Shown: positions 1 through 10,909 of the stretch, one piece after another
Position numbering within the stretch: the stretch's first letter is position 1
How the letters are laid out: each line of letters begins with the position of its first letter
Origin: Phoronis australis
Taxonomy: Eukaryota; Animalia; Phoronida
Length of the DNA: 64,000 nucleotides
Reading direction: 5' to 3'
NCBI GenBank assembly: GCA_002633005.1
Contig: NMRA01000409.1
Coordinates: 1 to 64,000 of the forward strand
Notes under the pieces: generated by a model
What the model saw: the letters and a program-made list of their open reading frames with translations, nothing else
The model's database searches: none
Told to the model about the DNA's origin: nothing
Made by a program: the position numbers and the translations under genes

Positions 1-1009
1 AATTCGGAGTATGGTCAAGTACGACGAGGTCTGGCACCATCTTTCTTGCTTGTTCACATTGAGTAAGGAACGTAGCAAAGCGCTTTAGCTCTATAGAGTG
101 ATCTGGTTTGATCGTCGGCCAACATGCTATACGATTAACATAGGACATCGCAACTTTGTAGGGATTTCCGTACTCTTTCTCTAGCAAAGCACGCGCTTGC
201 TTGTAGCCTTCATCCTTATCCCTGTAGAGACATCCAGCTATAAGCTCTTTTGCATCACCGTCGAGAAACTGGTGCAGATAGAACAATCGATCAGTGGGAT
301 TGGCCGTCAATGAAGCAATCTGCGAATCGAACGACACAACAAACGTATGATAAGCTTTAGGGTCGCCATCAAACCTGACAGGCTTCAGTTGAGATAGACG
401 CATCGCTGACATCAGCTGGGAGCAGGAGATCTGTGCACTTGCATGAGGTGCATTGGGCCTCGAACTACTGTGCTGGACGGAAGTTGCAATTGCATCACAT
501 ACTGTTTGCTTAACGAGTGGAACATGGCCGGTAAAAGAAGTCATCAAAGGGGGACATATCGTCTGCGTTTAAAACGTCCTGCTCAGCTTTAGCCTTTGCC
601 AGTTTCATGTTCAATGCCGAAATCATCTGATGTTTTTTCAATTGATGTTCACACTGTAGCTGTTCTTGTTTCAGTGCTTCTTCTTCTGCCAAGATCTGCT
701 CGAGTAATGCCTTCTCAGCTGCTAAAGTAGCACTTTGTATCCTTAACTTCAACAAGGATAACTTAGAACTCCTTGTACTTGACTGATAACTGGAAGATTT
801 AGTAGGTTTAGATATCTGAGACACGGATTCCATAAGGTCCTGAGAGTTAATGTCAGTTTCTTCGATCCATGACAACGCACTCTGTCTAAACAAATCAAAA
901 TCACCCATCTTTGACGAGAATTTCTCTTTAAGCAACTGCTTACTACTGTCATGTTTCAAAACTGATAAGTAGTGTTCATGAGCATCAATAAAAATCTTGA
1001 TGTTACTGT
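1..1009 (-). mobile_element. BEL/Pao LTR retrotransposon gag region (DUF1759-type), frameshifted, truncated by N gap and window edge
   Basis: Minus strand ~420..2 translates as QLMSAMRLSQLKPVRFDGDPKAYHTFVVSFDSQIASLTANPTDRLFYLHQFLDGDAKELIAGCLYRDKDEGYKQARALLEKEYGNPYKVAMSYVNRIACWPTIKPD, typical BEL/Pao Gag. The upstream Ser-rich/coiled-coil part (ORF 510-1009) is in a different frame. Confidence 0.85.
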
Positions 1010-1982
1010 NNNNNNNNNNNNNNNNNNNNNNNNNNNNNNNNNNNNNNNNNNNNNNNNNNNNNNNNNNNNNNNNNNNNNNNNNNNNNNNNNNNNNNNNNNN
1101 NNNNNNNNNNNNNNNNNNNNNNNNNNNNNNNNNNNNNNNNNNNNNNNNNNNNNNNNNNNNNNNNNNNNNNNNNNNNNNNNNNNNNNNNNNNNNNNNNNNN
1201 NNNNNNNNNNNNNNNNNNNNNNNNNNNNNNNNNNNNNNNNNNNNNNNNNNNNNNNNNNNNNNNNNNNNNNNNNNNNNNNNNNNNNNNNNNNNNNNNNNNN
1301 NNNNNNNNNNNNNNNNNNNNNNNNNNNNNNNNNNNNNNNNNNNNNNNNNNNNNNNNNNNNNNNNNNNNNNNNNNNNNNNNNNNNNNNNNNNNNNNNNNNN
1401 NNNNNNNNNNNNNNNNNNNNNNNNNNNNNNNNNNNNNNNNNNNNNNNNNNNNNNNNNNNNNNNNNNNNNNNNNNNNNNNNNNNNNNNNNNNNNNNNNNNN
1501 NNNNNNNNNNNNNNNNNNNNNNNNNNNNNNNNNNNNNNNNNNNNNNNNNNNNNNNNNNNNNNNNNNNNNNNNNNNNNNNNNNNNNNNNNNNNNNNNNNNN
1601 NNNNNNNNNNNNNNNNNNNNNNNNNNNNNNNNNNNNNNNNNNNNNNNNNNNNNNNNNNNNNNNNNNNNNNNNNNNNNNNNNNNNNNNNNNNNNNNNNNNN
1701 NNNNNNNNNNNNNNNNNNNNNNNNNNNNNNNNNNNNNNNNNNNNNNNNNNNNNNNNNNNNNNNNNNNNNNNNNNNNNNNNNNNNNNNNNNNNNNNNNNNN
1801 NNNNNNNNNNNNNNNNNNNNNNNNNNNNNNNNNNNNNNNNNNNNNNNNNNNNNNNNNNNNNNNNNNNNNNNNNNNNNNNNNNNNNNNNNNNNNNNNNNNN
1901 NNNNNNNNNNNNNNNNNNNNNNNNNNNNNNNNNNNNNNNNNNNNNNNNNNNNNNNNNNNNNNNNNNNNNNNNNNNNNNNNNN
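1010..1982. other. Assembly gap (N run)
   Basis: Run of N; ORFs spanning it are artefacts. Confidence 1.
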
Positions 1983-2151
1983 GCCCCCCCCCCCCCCCCC
2001 ACCCCCAAACACATTTAAATGTTGTTTCATCCGTATACTATAGCTAAGTATAGGCTCTCCCGCGATATCCCAGGCGACCGGCAGTGGCGCTGCGCACTAT
2101 GACTCCGTTTCCGTCGTCTGCTCCACTGTGCCCCCTCTAAATCCGCCTATG
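1983..2151. mobile_element. Right end of a GC-rich MITE related to the 43143-43302 element
   Basis: Ends in CCCCCTCTAAATCCGCCTATG, the reverse complement of the (CAG)TGGCGGATTTAGAGGGGG terminus seen at 43143. Left end lost in the gap. Confidence 0.55.
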
Positions 2152-3465
2152 AAGTTCATACCAAGACTTGCACGATGAAACTGAGCTTCAAATCCTACTG
2201 CTGCTTGGTGGTTGGATAACAACTCCAATTATATTACACAAACAGCAGTATTAATGAGCAACTATTTATTGCAACATTGAAACATAATTTTTTGGTTGTA
2301 AAAGTCGCATTTTTTTCTCCAATTTTCAAAAATTAAAAACCTAATCATGTTTGCTTTCCAACACCTATTCAAATGTGCTATTTGCAAACTTTAAAAACGC
2401 AGTTTTAAAATAGTGTTTTCGACCCCAATGTGTACATCATCGGTTGCATAAACTAGAGAACGATAAAATCAAAAGTCAGCAGCTTAAGGCCATTTACGAA
2501 AGTGCAACAGCATGCTATTTTGTTCTAAAATGAACTGATTCAGTGGGGCGAAAACCAGTCGAGTTGCCCAATCTTGACGTGTTAGGGTGTCAACGAAGGA
2601 TTCTTTTCATGTTTCTTTTACAATCGATTGTTGGTATCAACTAACACTGTACCTATGCGACAACACTACACCACTTCGATAGACCAATCTTTCAGTCATA
2701 TCAGGTAATACTTAGCAAACGAGGGCAGCATGTGTGACATGGGTAGAGTTCACGCTGAAGTCTAGCTAACATCATATATTCTCATTAGCATACACGGCAA
2801 TACCTCAGGGATCTCGCAAAGTCTTGCTTTTTAGCGAGTTAACAACGTCAATGAACAGAGGTCTGGTTTCACCTGCAGGATACGCCCATACATTTTTGTT
2901 ATTATGCCATCATTTTCTGGTATCGTGATTTCACATTTTAAACGCACTTCGCGGAGTAAAATCCTCTGTGCTTTTGTTCCAGTGACAATTGAAGCGAAAC
3001 AGGTTGGTAAGTACAAAGATCTTTCATTATGAATTCCAGAGGTTATATCTGACCCTACTAAATCTTGGGCCCCAAGTCGTTCCATTGAATTGTCAAAGTC
3101 TGTCCGATATTGTGTAACTGTGGTCTTATTATTTTTTCCATGAACATTATTAAACATACCCTTGAAGCAAAGTCGGACGTTGTAACAGAGCACATGTATG
3201 CATACCGCTCATTCCTGGGATTGCTTGTCACAGAGATACTGCTCTGACGCAGGTTACCCATGTCGTCCCGGGTGCACAAACTGTCGCAACTTCACGATGC
3301 GACAGTTTAGTGCAATCATGCGCTAGGTCCAGGCGCAGACTCTTGTCCACAGGAACGGAATTTGATCTCCAAGCGGTATTCCGAATTGTTGTTACATTTC
3401 ATGACGCCTTGTAAATTAACAGCGCAATTGACACTAACTGACGAATTAAAACCAGAGGAAATCGG

Positions 3466-3481
3466 ATGAACGTTGTTATTG
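3466..3481 (+). CDS. Putative small single-pass membrane protein, coding exon 1 (MNVVI+G)
   Basis: ATG at 3466 with an upstream in-frame TGA; strong donor G|GTGAGT at 3481/3482; phase 1 matches the next exon. Confidence 0.45.
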
Positions 3482-3530
3482 GTGAGTTTTGCGAAAACAG
3501 ATTCAAACCAAAGACTACTTTTACTTGTAT

Positions 3531-3802
3531 TATAAGATGGTCACTTACTTAGAGACGTGGTAAGTTGTTTGCAGACGTTTCGACCTGGTCCGCCAAATCT
3601 TTGTCAATGAATGAGCCAGGGCTTTCCCGCGTTTTGCTGGTGTGCTCGCAAGCTAAAAGAGTCAATAAGCATCAGCATTCAGAGCGCCCTCTTGAATCGG
3701 GACCGATGCCTCCACTTACCTCCCATGTATTCAAACATTCTTAACCAGGTCCAAACATCTGCAAACATTTTACCACGTCTCTAAATGTGTGACCACCTTA
3801 TA
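3531..3802 (+). mobile_element. Penelope-like retroelement 3' remnant with 59-bp inverted pseudo-LTR arms
   Basis: 3531-3589 and 3744-3802 are imperfect inverted repeats. The interior translates WCARKLKESISISIQSALLNRDRCLHLPPMYSNIL, matching the C-terminus of PLE GIY-YIG endonucleases (RKxKEAIxI...LNRDxG..LP..Y). Hammerhead-like GAAAC/stem II on the minus strand at ~3577-3607. Confidence 0.7.
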
Positions 3803-4128
3803 CTAAAATGCCTCTATAGCCCAATGACGACTCTTTTCTCCAGTACTTTTAATTGCCATTTTTGCAAAGAGAATGACACATAAAAATTTCATTCAATTGC
3901 GATACATCGTTTGCTCCCTACACTTAAGAAAACAAGACAGCATATGACGGATAAAACTGACAATTTTAACTTGTTTAGTAATTTACATGCCGTAAATCCA
4001 ACCTTTTATTGTTATTACTATTGTTTTTAATTTTGACTTTGGCATTTTGATTTTATTTGATCGGGTCCGCGTACATACATGTACGTACATGTACAGCAGA
4101 TTGATGCGTACGTAAATTTTGTTTACAG

Positions 4129-4200
4129 ATTACACCGAAAACGATAAGGACCGCGATTGGTTTTCAGCTGAAGAGGACGGGCCGAACATAACTTCCATTG
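4129..4200 (+). CDS. Putative small single-pass membrane protein, coding exon 2 (DYTENDKDRDWFSAEEDGPNITSI)
   Basis: Acceptor TTTTGTTTACAG|, donor G|GTAAAT; 72 nt, phase 1-1, open frame. Confidence 0.55.
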
Positions 4201-5806
4201 GTAAATATCTTTCAGCCTCACAATCATCAAGTTTTGCCTGGTTACTGTAATGGGGAGAGTAAGAAAAACAAGCGTGTTTTAAAAGAAGATACTTTGTTGC
4301 TATCTTCTTTAAATTAACCTGGGATCTGTATTGAATTACAGTACGTAGGTCACGACGGAAAGATTAGGTGACCGGTCGTGCACTGCTCGGCAAAATAGTG
4401 GACCGGTCTTCTGTTGGGTTTTCAAACACCCCTGCACACGAATCGAGTCGTTTTTAACACTTGTATTTTCTTCACACAAACACACATATATGATCAAAAA
4501 ACCCGCTGCTGCTTTACGTTTTCAAACCGTCGCCATCCAAACGAGGATGGCGTTGTCGCTGTTTATACAAAAGTGGTAAATGCAGCGCTTTAAAAAAGGT
4601 TTGAGATTTCGGTTATGCAGTTCAAAGGCCAAGGCTTTCAAAACATTTACGGGCAACAGAAAAATGCGCTTGTGAGTGCACGCTTTTTTTCGAGCGTTTT
4701 ACATGTAGGTGGACAGGGGCGCTGTGGTCGCGAAAACCGTTAGGCCCACATTGATGAACGAGAGCATGAGTTACGGTGAAGTTAAACTTTATTTGTTCGT
4801 AAACGTGTAGTTGTTCGGTTCAACTGTAACGTACAAAAACTTTCAATCGGACAATTGAACAATGCGTTGATCGATTACAAAGTTGCGAAACTAATATCAA
4901 ACATTGCCTATACATGTATGTTTATTCAACCAAAGCTCAAACTGCTCAAGTCTACAGTAATTCGTAAAGGTGCAGAATACGCGTTACAACTTTGAAGTTC
5001 TGACTATATAACAAAACTAAGTACAATATTCTTACACCAATTTGAGGCATAAATCACGACGAAACTGTTAGATCTAGTAAACTTATCGGTGAGGGTGTTA
5101 AAATAAGGATGAGCCAATTTGGCGTGTTACAGCTACAAGCCATGGTCTGCCAAACAGTCTCACACACTGTATGCAAAATACCATTGAAGAATATAGTCAC
5201 GTGGAAAGTGCACGTGGCAGACGCCGCATCAGAAACACAAAAACCACCAATGTATGGCGAATAAAGTCAAACTAACAGAGTGCATCGGCACCTACTTACA
5301 TGTACGTGCCCTAATAATGTCCCGAAATTCAAAGAATAAAAAAGTTCTGACAGTTATAGTGTGATCACGGCGTGTTGAGAATCAAACAGCTGCGAAAAAC
5401 ACACACACGCGATGATGTTCTATTCAGACCCCTATTCAATACAACCTTTTGTTGCTTGTGCTGGGATCTCTGGCGACGTCTGTTACAATTTCGTTCAAAG
5501 CAATGCTTCCGTTCTTTTGCGTGTGCAACAAGGCTAGTGATTACAAGAGACTGCTTGGCATTACACATGCATGGTCTTTTCAATCTCTTCTAGGATTGAT
5601 ATTCAAAGTTTTGAAAATAACACTCAGTTAACGCGGGCGTTTTGTCAATAGGGGCTTGCATACAGTACATGTATGGTGGGGGGTTACAACAGAAAGTGAG
5701 AATAGTTTACTTGCCTTAATCGTGGATGTTCAAAAAACGAAAAGTGTGTGTTCGTTATTGTATGAGCGGCACCAGCAAGCCACGACGATATATATCTCAA
5801 CGTCAA

Positions 5807-5884
5807 CCAATCGGGTGTGCGAATGTGAGACTCCAACCAATCGGAATGCCCTAATGTTACATGTACGTCGTTCGGCTAACCAAT
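5807..5884 (+). promoter_or_regulatory. Three tandem CCAAT (NF-Y-like) boxes
   Basis: AACCAAT cores with CCAAT at 5807, 5837 and 5880, same orientation, ~210-290 bp upstream of ATG 6098. Confidence 0.35.
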
Positions 5885-6089
5885 GAGAAACTAAGCAACA
5901 TTGTATGTGATCCTTTCACGGTGCTTTTCTCGTGCAACTTGGAAAGAATGTGCCACAATTCTTGACCCGTACTGTACACGTAAATACATGTACAGTGTGC
6001 ATCATTCTACAATCCCGATAACGTGCAAGAAACTGCTAGGCAACTTCTGACAGAGCTGGTTTATTTCATCTACACTTATAACCTTGTAG

Positions 6090-6289
6090 AAACAAAAATG
6101 GATGCCGCGACTTCAACATATGCTGCGGTTGGATGCGTAGTTGCGTTAGCCGTCATCCTTGCTTTAGGCTTTGCAGCTTTATCCGTCCGTCGCAAGTTTG
6201 AGGCCGCCGCGGATGAGGACGAGGACTCACTGTCGTCTGGCACGGAACCAGAAGAGGAATCGGAAGGCGAAGTCGCAGACAATCAATGA
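6090..6289 (+). CDS. Putative small single-pass membrane protein, terminal exon (TM helix + acidic tail)
   Basis: Acceptor CCTTGTAG| in phase 1. Encodes ETKMDAATSTYAAVGCVVALAVILALGFAALSVRRKFEAAADEDEDSLSSGTEPEEESEGEVADNQ*: hydrophobic helix, RRK stop-transfer, acidic tail. Confidence 0.65.
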
Positions 6290-9200
6290 GCTACCCCATT
6301 ACACGATTTTCAAGTTTAGTACAGGAATGTCCTTTCAAAAAGGGGTGGGATTACATTCGAATTCTGTTTGGAACAGTTTCTTGTGGCAACGTCTGTTCGC
6401 GTGATTTTGGCAGACGCTTGACGTTGGAAGTTGATGTACATGTACATGTAGGATTCTCTCTTTCACTCTTTAAGCTATAATTAAAACAACTACGACATAC
6501 ACTGATACGATTGTAAAGTTATGTAGGAGTTCAGAGAAATTTCAAGTTTGGCTATCCCCGGAACATTTTGATGTCATTCTATGGGATTCGATTAATACAA
6601 AGCGTTCACCTGCCATTTTTATGCTTCATTCTCCAAGGCCCCTATAGAATTTCTTCCAAATGTTCATCCGTTGCATGCTAACAAACAAGAATTTTCATAG
6701 TTGTTATAAAAATTAACATAAAAACAAAACTAAATCACATTTAAAAAACCGCAACATTGTTTTTTTTTCCTGAAAGTTTCTCCAGTTTTATATGATAAAC
6801 TTAAGAGATCTTTCATCAGCCTGAAGCACTTGTTTTTCATTGTTTCATGGTTTTGATTTCACAAACAAATTCCCACGGCAGGTCGTAAGGTATTGTTTAA
6901 CTTGCGAGAACTAAGCGACGGTTACACGCTGGTGGCACGGTGATCAGGCGTATTAATTGTTTTCTTTTTAAATGTTATATCTTTTTAGATATACACCTGT
7001 AACAATACATGCCACACGGACATCGTACCTTGGGCGTACATCACCCGGTTACCGAACAATTATCTTTAATATATCAACATTGTACTTGAAATCAAGAAAT
7101 AAACCCACAAGTTTTAAGTTTTGTGTGACATCATCAGTGGAAGTCTGGTCATCGCATTTCTGTTCTTTTACACACTCGGCATCCGAAGATGTGAAATGAA
7201 ATCAAATATGCCGCCTTTCGCGTCTGGTCTTTTGACAGCAAGGGTAAAACTTATAGACGAAATTTTGCAATTCTGGGATTTGAAATCTGCACACGTCACT
7301 GTGTGGTATATTTTCTTGTGGTAAAGGCTTTCGCTCCTCGTGTCACAAAGATGACGTCATTTGTTTCGATCAGTACGAGCGCCACCTAAATTTTGGCGCT
7401 TAATGGGGTTCGTGTTATTTATTAGCATATTAAGTTAATGTCAGGAGTTGAAGAAAAAAATGACACGCTTGCGTTGACCAATAATAGAAGCATTTAGAAT
7501 GCCCAAAAGTCGGTTGGCCAACTGAGGCCAACTTGAAGTCTTAAAGTATCCGACATTGCCCATAATAATACCCATAAGTTCAACGTCGTGCACTGATATC
7601 ACGTAACGGGAAAACAAAAAAACAACAAATTTTCTTTAAAATTCAAAATTCCTCAATCATTTCCAAAAACAAGTGTCTTCCAGCTTAGTTTCAAAGTTAT
7701 ACATTTTTATATACGATCTAAAACCTCAAAAAGTACAAACATTTTAAGTAGGAAAAGAAACTTATGAACGCCATCTAATGGTGGAATGTGGAAATACCAG
7801 TGCAAACAGGTGTAAACTCTATACTGACCATGCCGCCATTTAACTTGATAAAATATTTACAATTTTTCATTTCAGTAAATGTACACAAGATGCCAATAAA
7901 ATGTCAGTAATTTTTCAAATCTTTCATACTTTCTTTATTAAGAACATTCATATTTTCTGTGTTGCTTACAGTAGAACTACATGTATATCTATATGTTTAG
8001 TAAAAACCAGACTATGCTTTGCTTGTATAATATTAATTGATCAGTTGAAAGTGGTCGCATTTAACCAAGTAACGTACATAGGACTGACGTAATGAAATTT
8101 TTTAAAAATATTACACTAGGTCCTAGATACATGTGCAGTATGGAAAGACTGGAGCTACGGTTCTCGGCCTAATACCTCTCTGTTGACCCAGCTGACGAGT
8201 GTTCCCGTATACTACATTGTACATGTCTAATGGGCGTTTTACGGTGAACAAACTTGATGTAACAATTATAAATTTATTCACGAAGCAAAAGTCAAGTATT
8301 GCAATAGTGAATACCGAAAACAACGACTTAACGAGCCCCAAATTATAATTTGTGCGAAAAGATCACAACACTGAGTTTTTAAAACATTTATCACAGAGAA
8401 TAGCATGCGACGAGCACTCAAAACATCAGAGGGGTCTCGCTGATATGAACTCGCACTTACACGTCCACGTGATCACGCTGAGCCCGATACGTTTATTGTT
8501 GATATGTATTATCCACACCAATAAGAAAAAAAATACTTCTTTTGTCCATCATCCTTCTCTTCTGCTGCTGCACTGTTTTCGTCGACAAGAGCACGACAGG
8601 AAGCAAACGCAAATCAGTTGCCATACAGCTAATATACTTCCGTCCGTAACAGTACAGTACTGTATCAAATAAGTCGAGTATCAAAGATACAATAGTGAAG
8701 CCACTTCGAATACCTCAAATTTGAAAACGAAAAACAAGCCGGTGGGTGAAGCAGCTCTGATAACACGTCACGACTTCGCCCAGATTCCTGTTGTGGAAAT
8801 GGAGAAAGCGCCATGTTCCTTCCTAGACTTGATTGGCTTATCGTCAAAATTGATTCGCTTTACTGAAACACTGGTTCTATGTATTTCTGTGTCACCATTC
8901 AGTGAATTTGGCTTCATTAAAAAACACTGTTTGTTCAGAAATAGCTATGTTACAACTTCTGCTATAGCTTTAAATCCGAGTCCTCCAACACACTGTCCAA
9001 AAACATTGGTCATAAACAATATCATGGATGCGATGACAGCGTGATCTGAATCACTGCACGACAACCATGCGCAAACCGTGTGGTGATGACTCAAGTTTCG
9101 CTCACACGTTGAGTTTCAGTGACCGAGCTCTTGATTCGAATTTCTAGAATTTAAAAAATCTTACCGAGATTTTCAAACCGACCGAATGCTTTTGAATGAG

Positions 9201-9509
9201 TTTTGAGTGACGTTTACAAGTGAAGAACCGATAGGTTAAGTGCTTTTACCATGTACTCGGTGCAACCGACGAAAAACGAAAGTACGAGAAGCTATCATCT
9301 CCACTACATTCCTGAATGTAACGCGTGTACACCCTGTACAATGAAAACAGCAGGAAGAAAGCGCGGCCAGAGATAAAAACCGAGTCTCGCAAATTACGAG
9401 CGCACTTCACATGAATAAGTTACGTAAGTGAATACCGCCGTCCCGGATTACACGGCGATAGAACTCTCTCTTGTCCCGGAGATAAGAAAGCGGTGACATA
9501 GTTTGGAAC

Positions 9510-9651
9510 TCAGGCGCATTTTCGCGTCTCTTATTAATGTCGTGAAGGGAAAGAATTTCAGATTGCGCATCCATGAGTATTTGTCCAGTTTATCAAACCT
9601 TTTCACGTAGGAGTTGCACCCCACAACACAGCAGCAATACTTCGTTGGCAT
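9510..9651 (-). mobile_element. THAP-domain N-terminal fragment (DNA transposon relic)
   Basis: MPTKYCCCVVGCNSY...NLKFFPFTTLIRDAKMR matches the THAP start (MP..CCVxGC...FFxFP....R). The conserved W and the C-terminal C/H ligands are missing. Confidence 0.55.
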
Positions 9652-10762
9652 TGGAAGGACGAATAGAGTAATGTAGCCGAAGAATTCTTGTAAAGAATCA
9701 GACAATAAATAACATGCGAAACTCCAGTGGTACGAAAACGAGGCAGCAAATGTTCCTGACGCATGTTAACGGCATTTTGGGTAAATGCATCGAGATTCGG
9801 GTGTCGCTATGTAACGTAGAATGGTCCTATATCTTCGCTGGTTTCCATATTGCATGAGCTACTGTACAACTCAATCACCAACTTTGAACAGAGCAAGGCC
9901 ATGCAAAGACTTCGTACTGGGGGAATGTGTGGACGACGTTCAACCACTTCTATTGAAATAGCTGCGCTACATAACGCGATGTGCTTTCATTAAAAAGACT
10001 TTCCGTCCAGTCACGTTAACTTTTCACACTTTCCTCGCATCCTAGGCAAGGAATGGCACAGTGAACGTATTGGCTGTTGTCCCGTATCCACATTGTATGC
10101 ACACAGCTTGTGCTACGTACGTCGTTTCACGTCACACACGAGCGCAATTTACGTGCGTAAACAAGCGTACAACTTCGTCAGTGCTCACACGCTCTGTCAC
10201 TCAATATTTCGTGGGATATAACGATTGCGTTGGAAAACACGAGCGTGATAAATGCCCTTTCGCTGGTAATTTGCGGCTGACGTTTTCCTCCAAATGTCGC
10301 TAATACTCGCAGCTGTTACAAGTGAACAAAACTACGACCATTTCTAGCCAATACACTCCCTCCTTCGAAGTAGTGGAAACGAACGTCCTATTGCGCTCGC
10401 TCTCAATTTACAGCACTGAGTTCCTTGTTAAAGTATACATTGGTTCCCAAGACTGTTTCGTAATGAGGTTTTGTGATCTTTATTTAACGATAATCCCGAT
10501 TTGAACACGTGACATGTCGGCTGTCGCAACTAATATCTGCTAGTTTCGGCTTCTCTTGGGATTTGAAACTCGAAAAAATCGACAAAAACTTTCGACTTGG
10601 GTGCTTAGTGAAAATTCGTCTGGTCCTCTTTTGGCTTAAGTTAAACTTCGTAGTCTTGATGTACGACCTAAAAGTGAAACAGTCACCTTGGTTTTTACAA
10701 ATCCAAACTGCACTGCATCGCCAGGATATTCCACGAATTGGACAGCGTGCAGCCGTTCAACG

Positions 10763-10909
10763 TTACAGATGAACAGTATCGCTTTCAAGGGCATCATCTT
10801 CTTCAACGGAATAGACAAGTGGAATTGGGCTCAACGGTGGCGTGGACAAGCTGGCCATGAGACTGTGAATCCCTGAATCAGTGCTAGACGACCCGCGCCT
10901 CTCCATGTC
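10763..10909 (-). CDS. GARNL3: GARNL3 terminal coding exon (DMERRGSSSTDSG...ESDTVHL*)
   Basis: Acceptor TTTATGTTTAG|, phase 0 matching the previous exon, TAA at 10763-10765. Low sequence conservation, so extra exons between 10910 and 13051 cannot be excluded. Confidence 0.7.
   Translation of the reverse strand, partial: DMERRGSSSTDSGIHSLMASLSTPPLSPIPLVYSVEEDDALESDTVHL

Noticed and set aside
510-2043. Long ORFs of 348-506 aa in the ORF track
   Set aside because: They run through the N gap; only the 510-1009 part is real sequence (BEL gag).
8721-9044. 107-aa ORF
   Set aside because: No recognisable motif, non-ATG start and no convincing splice sites.
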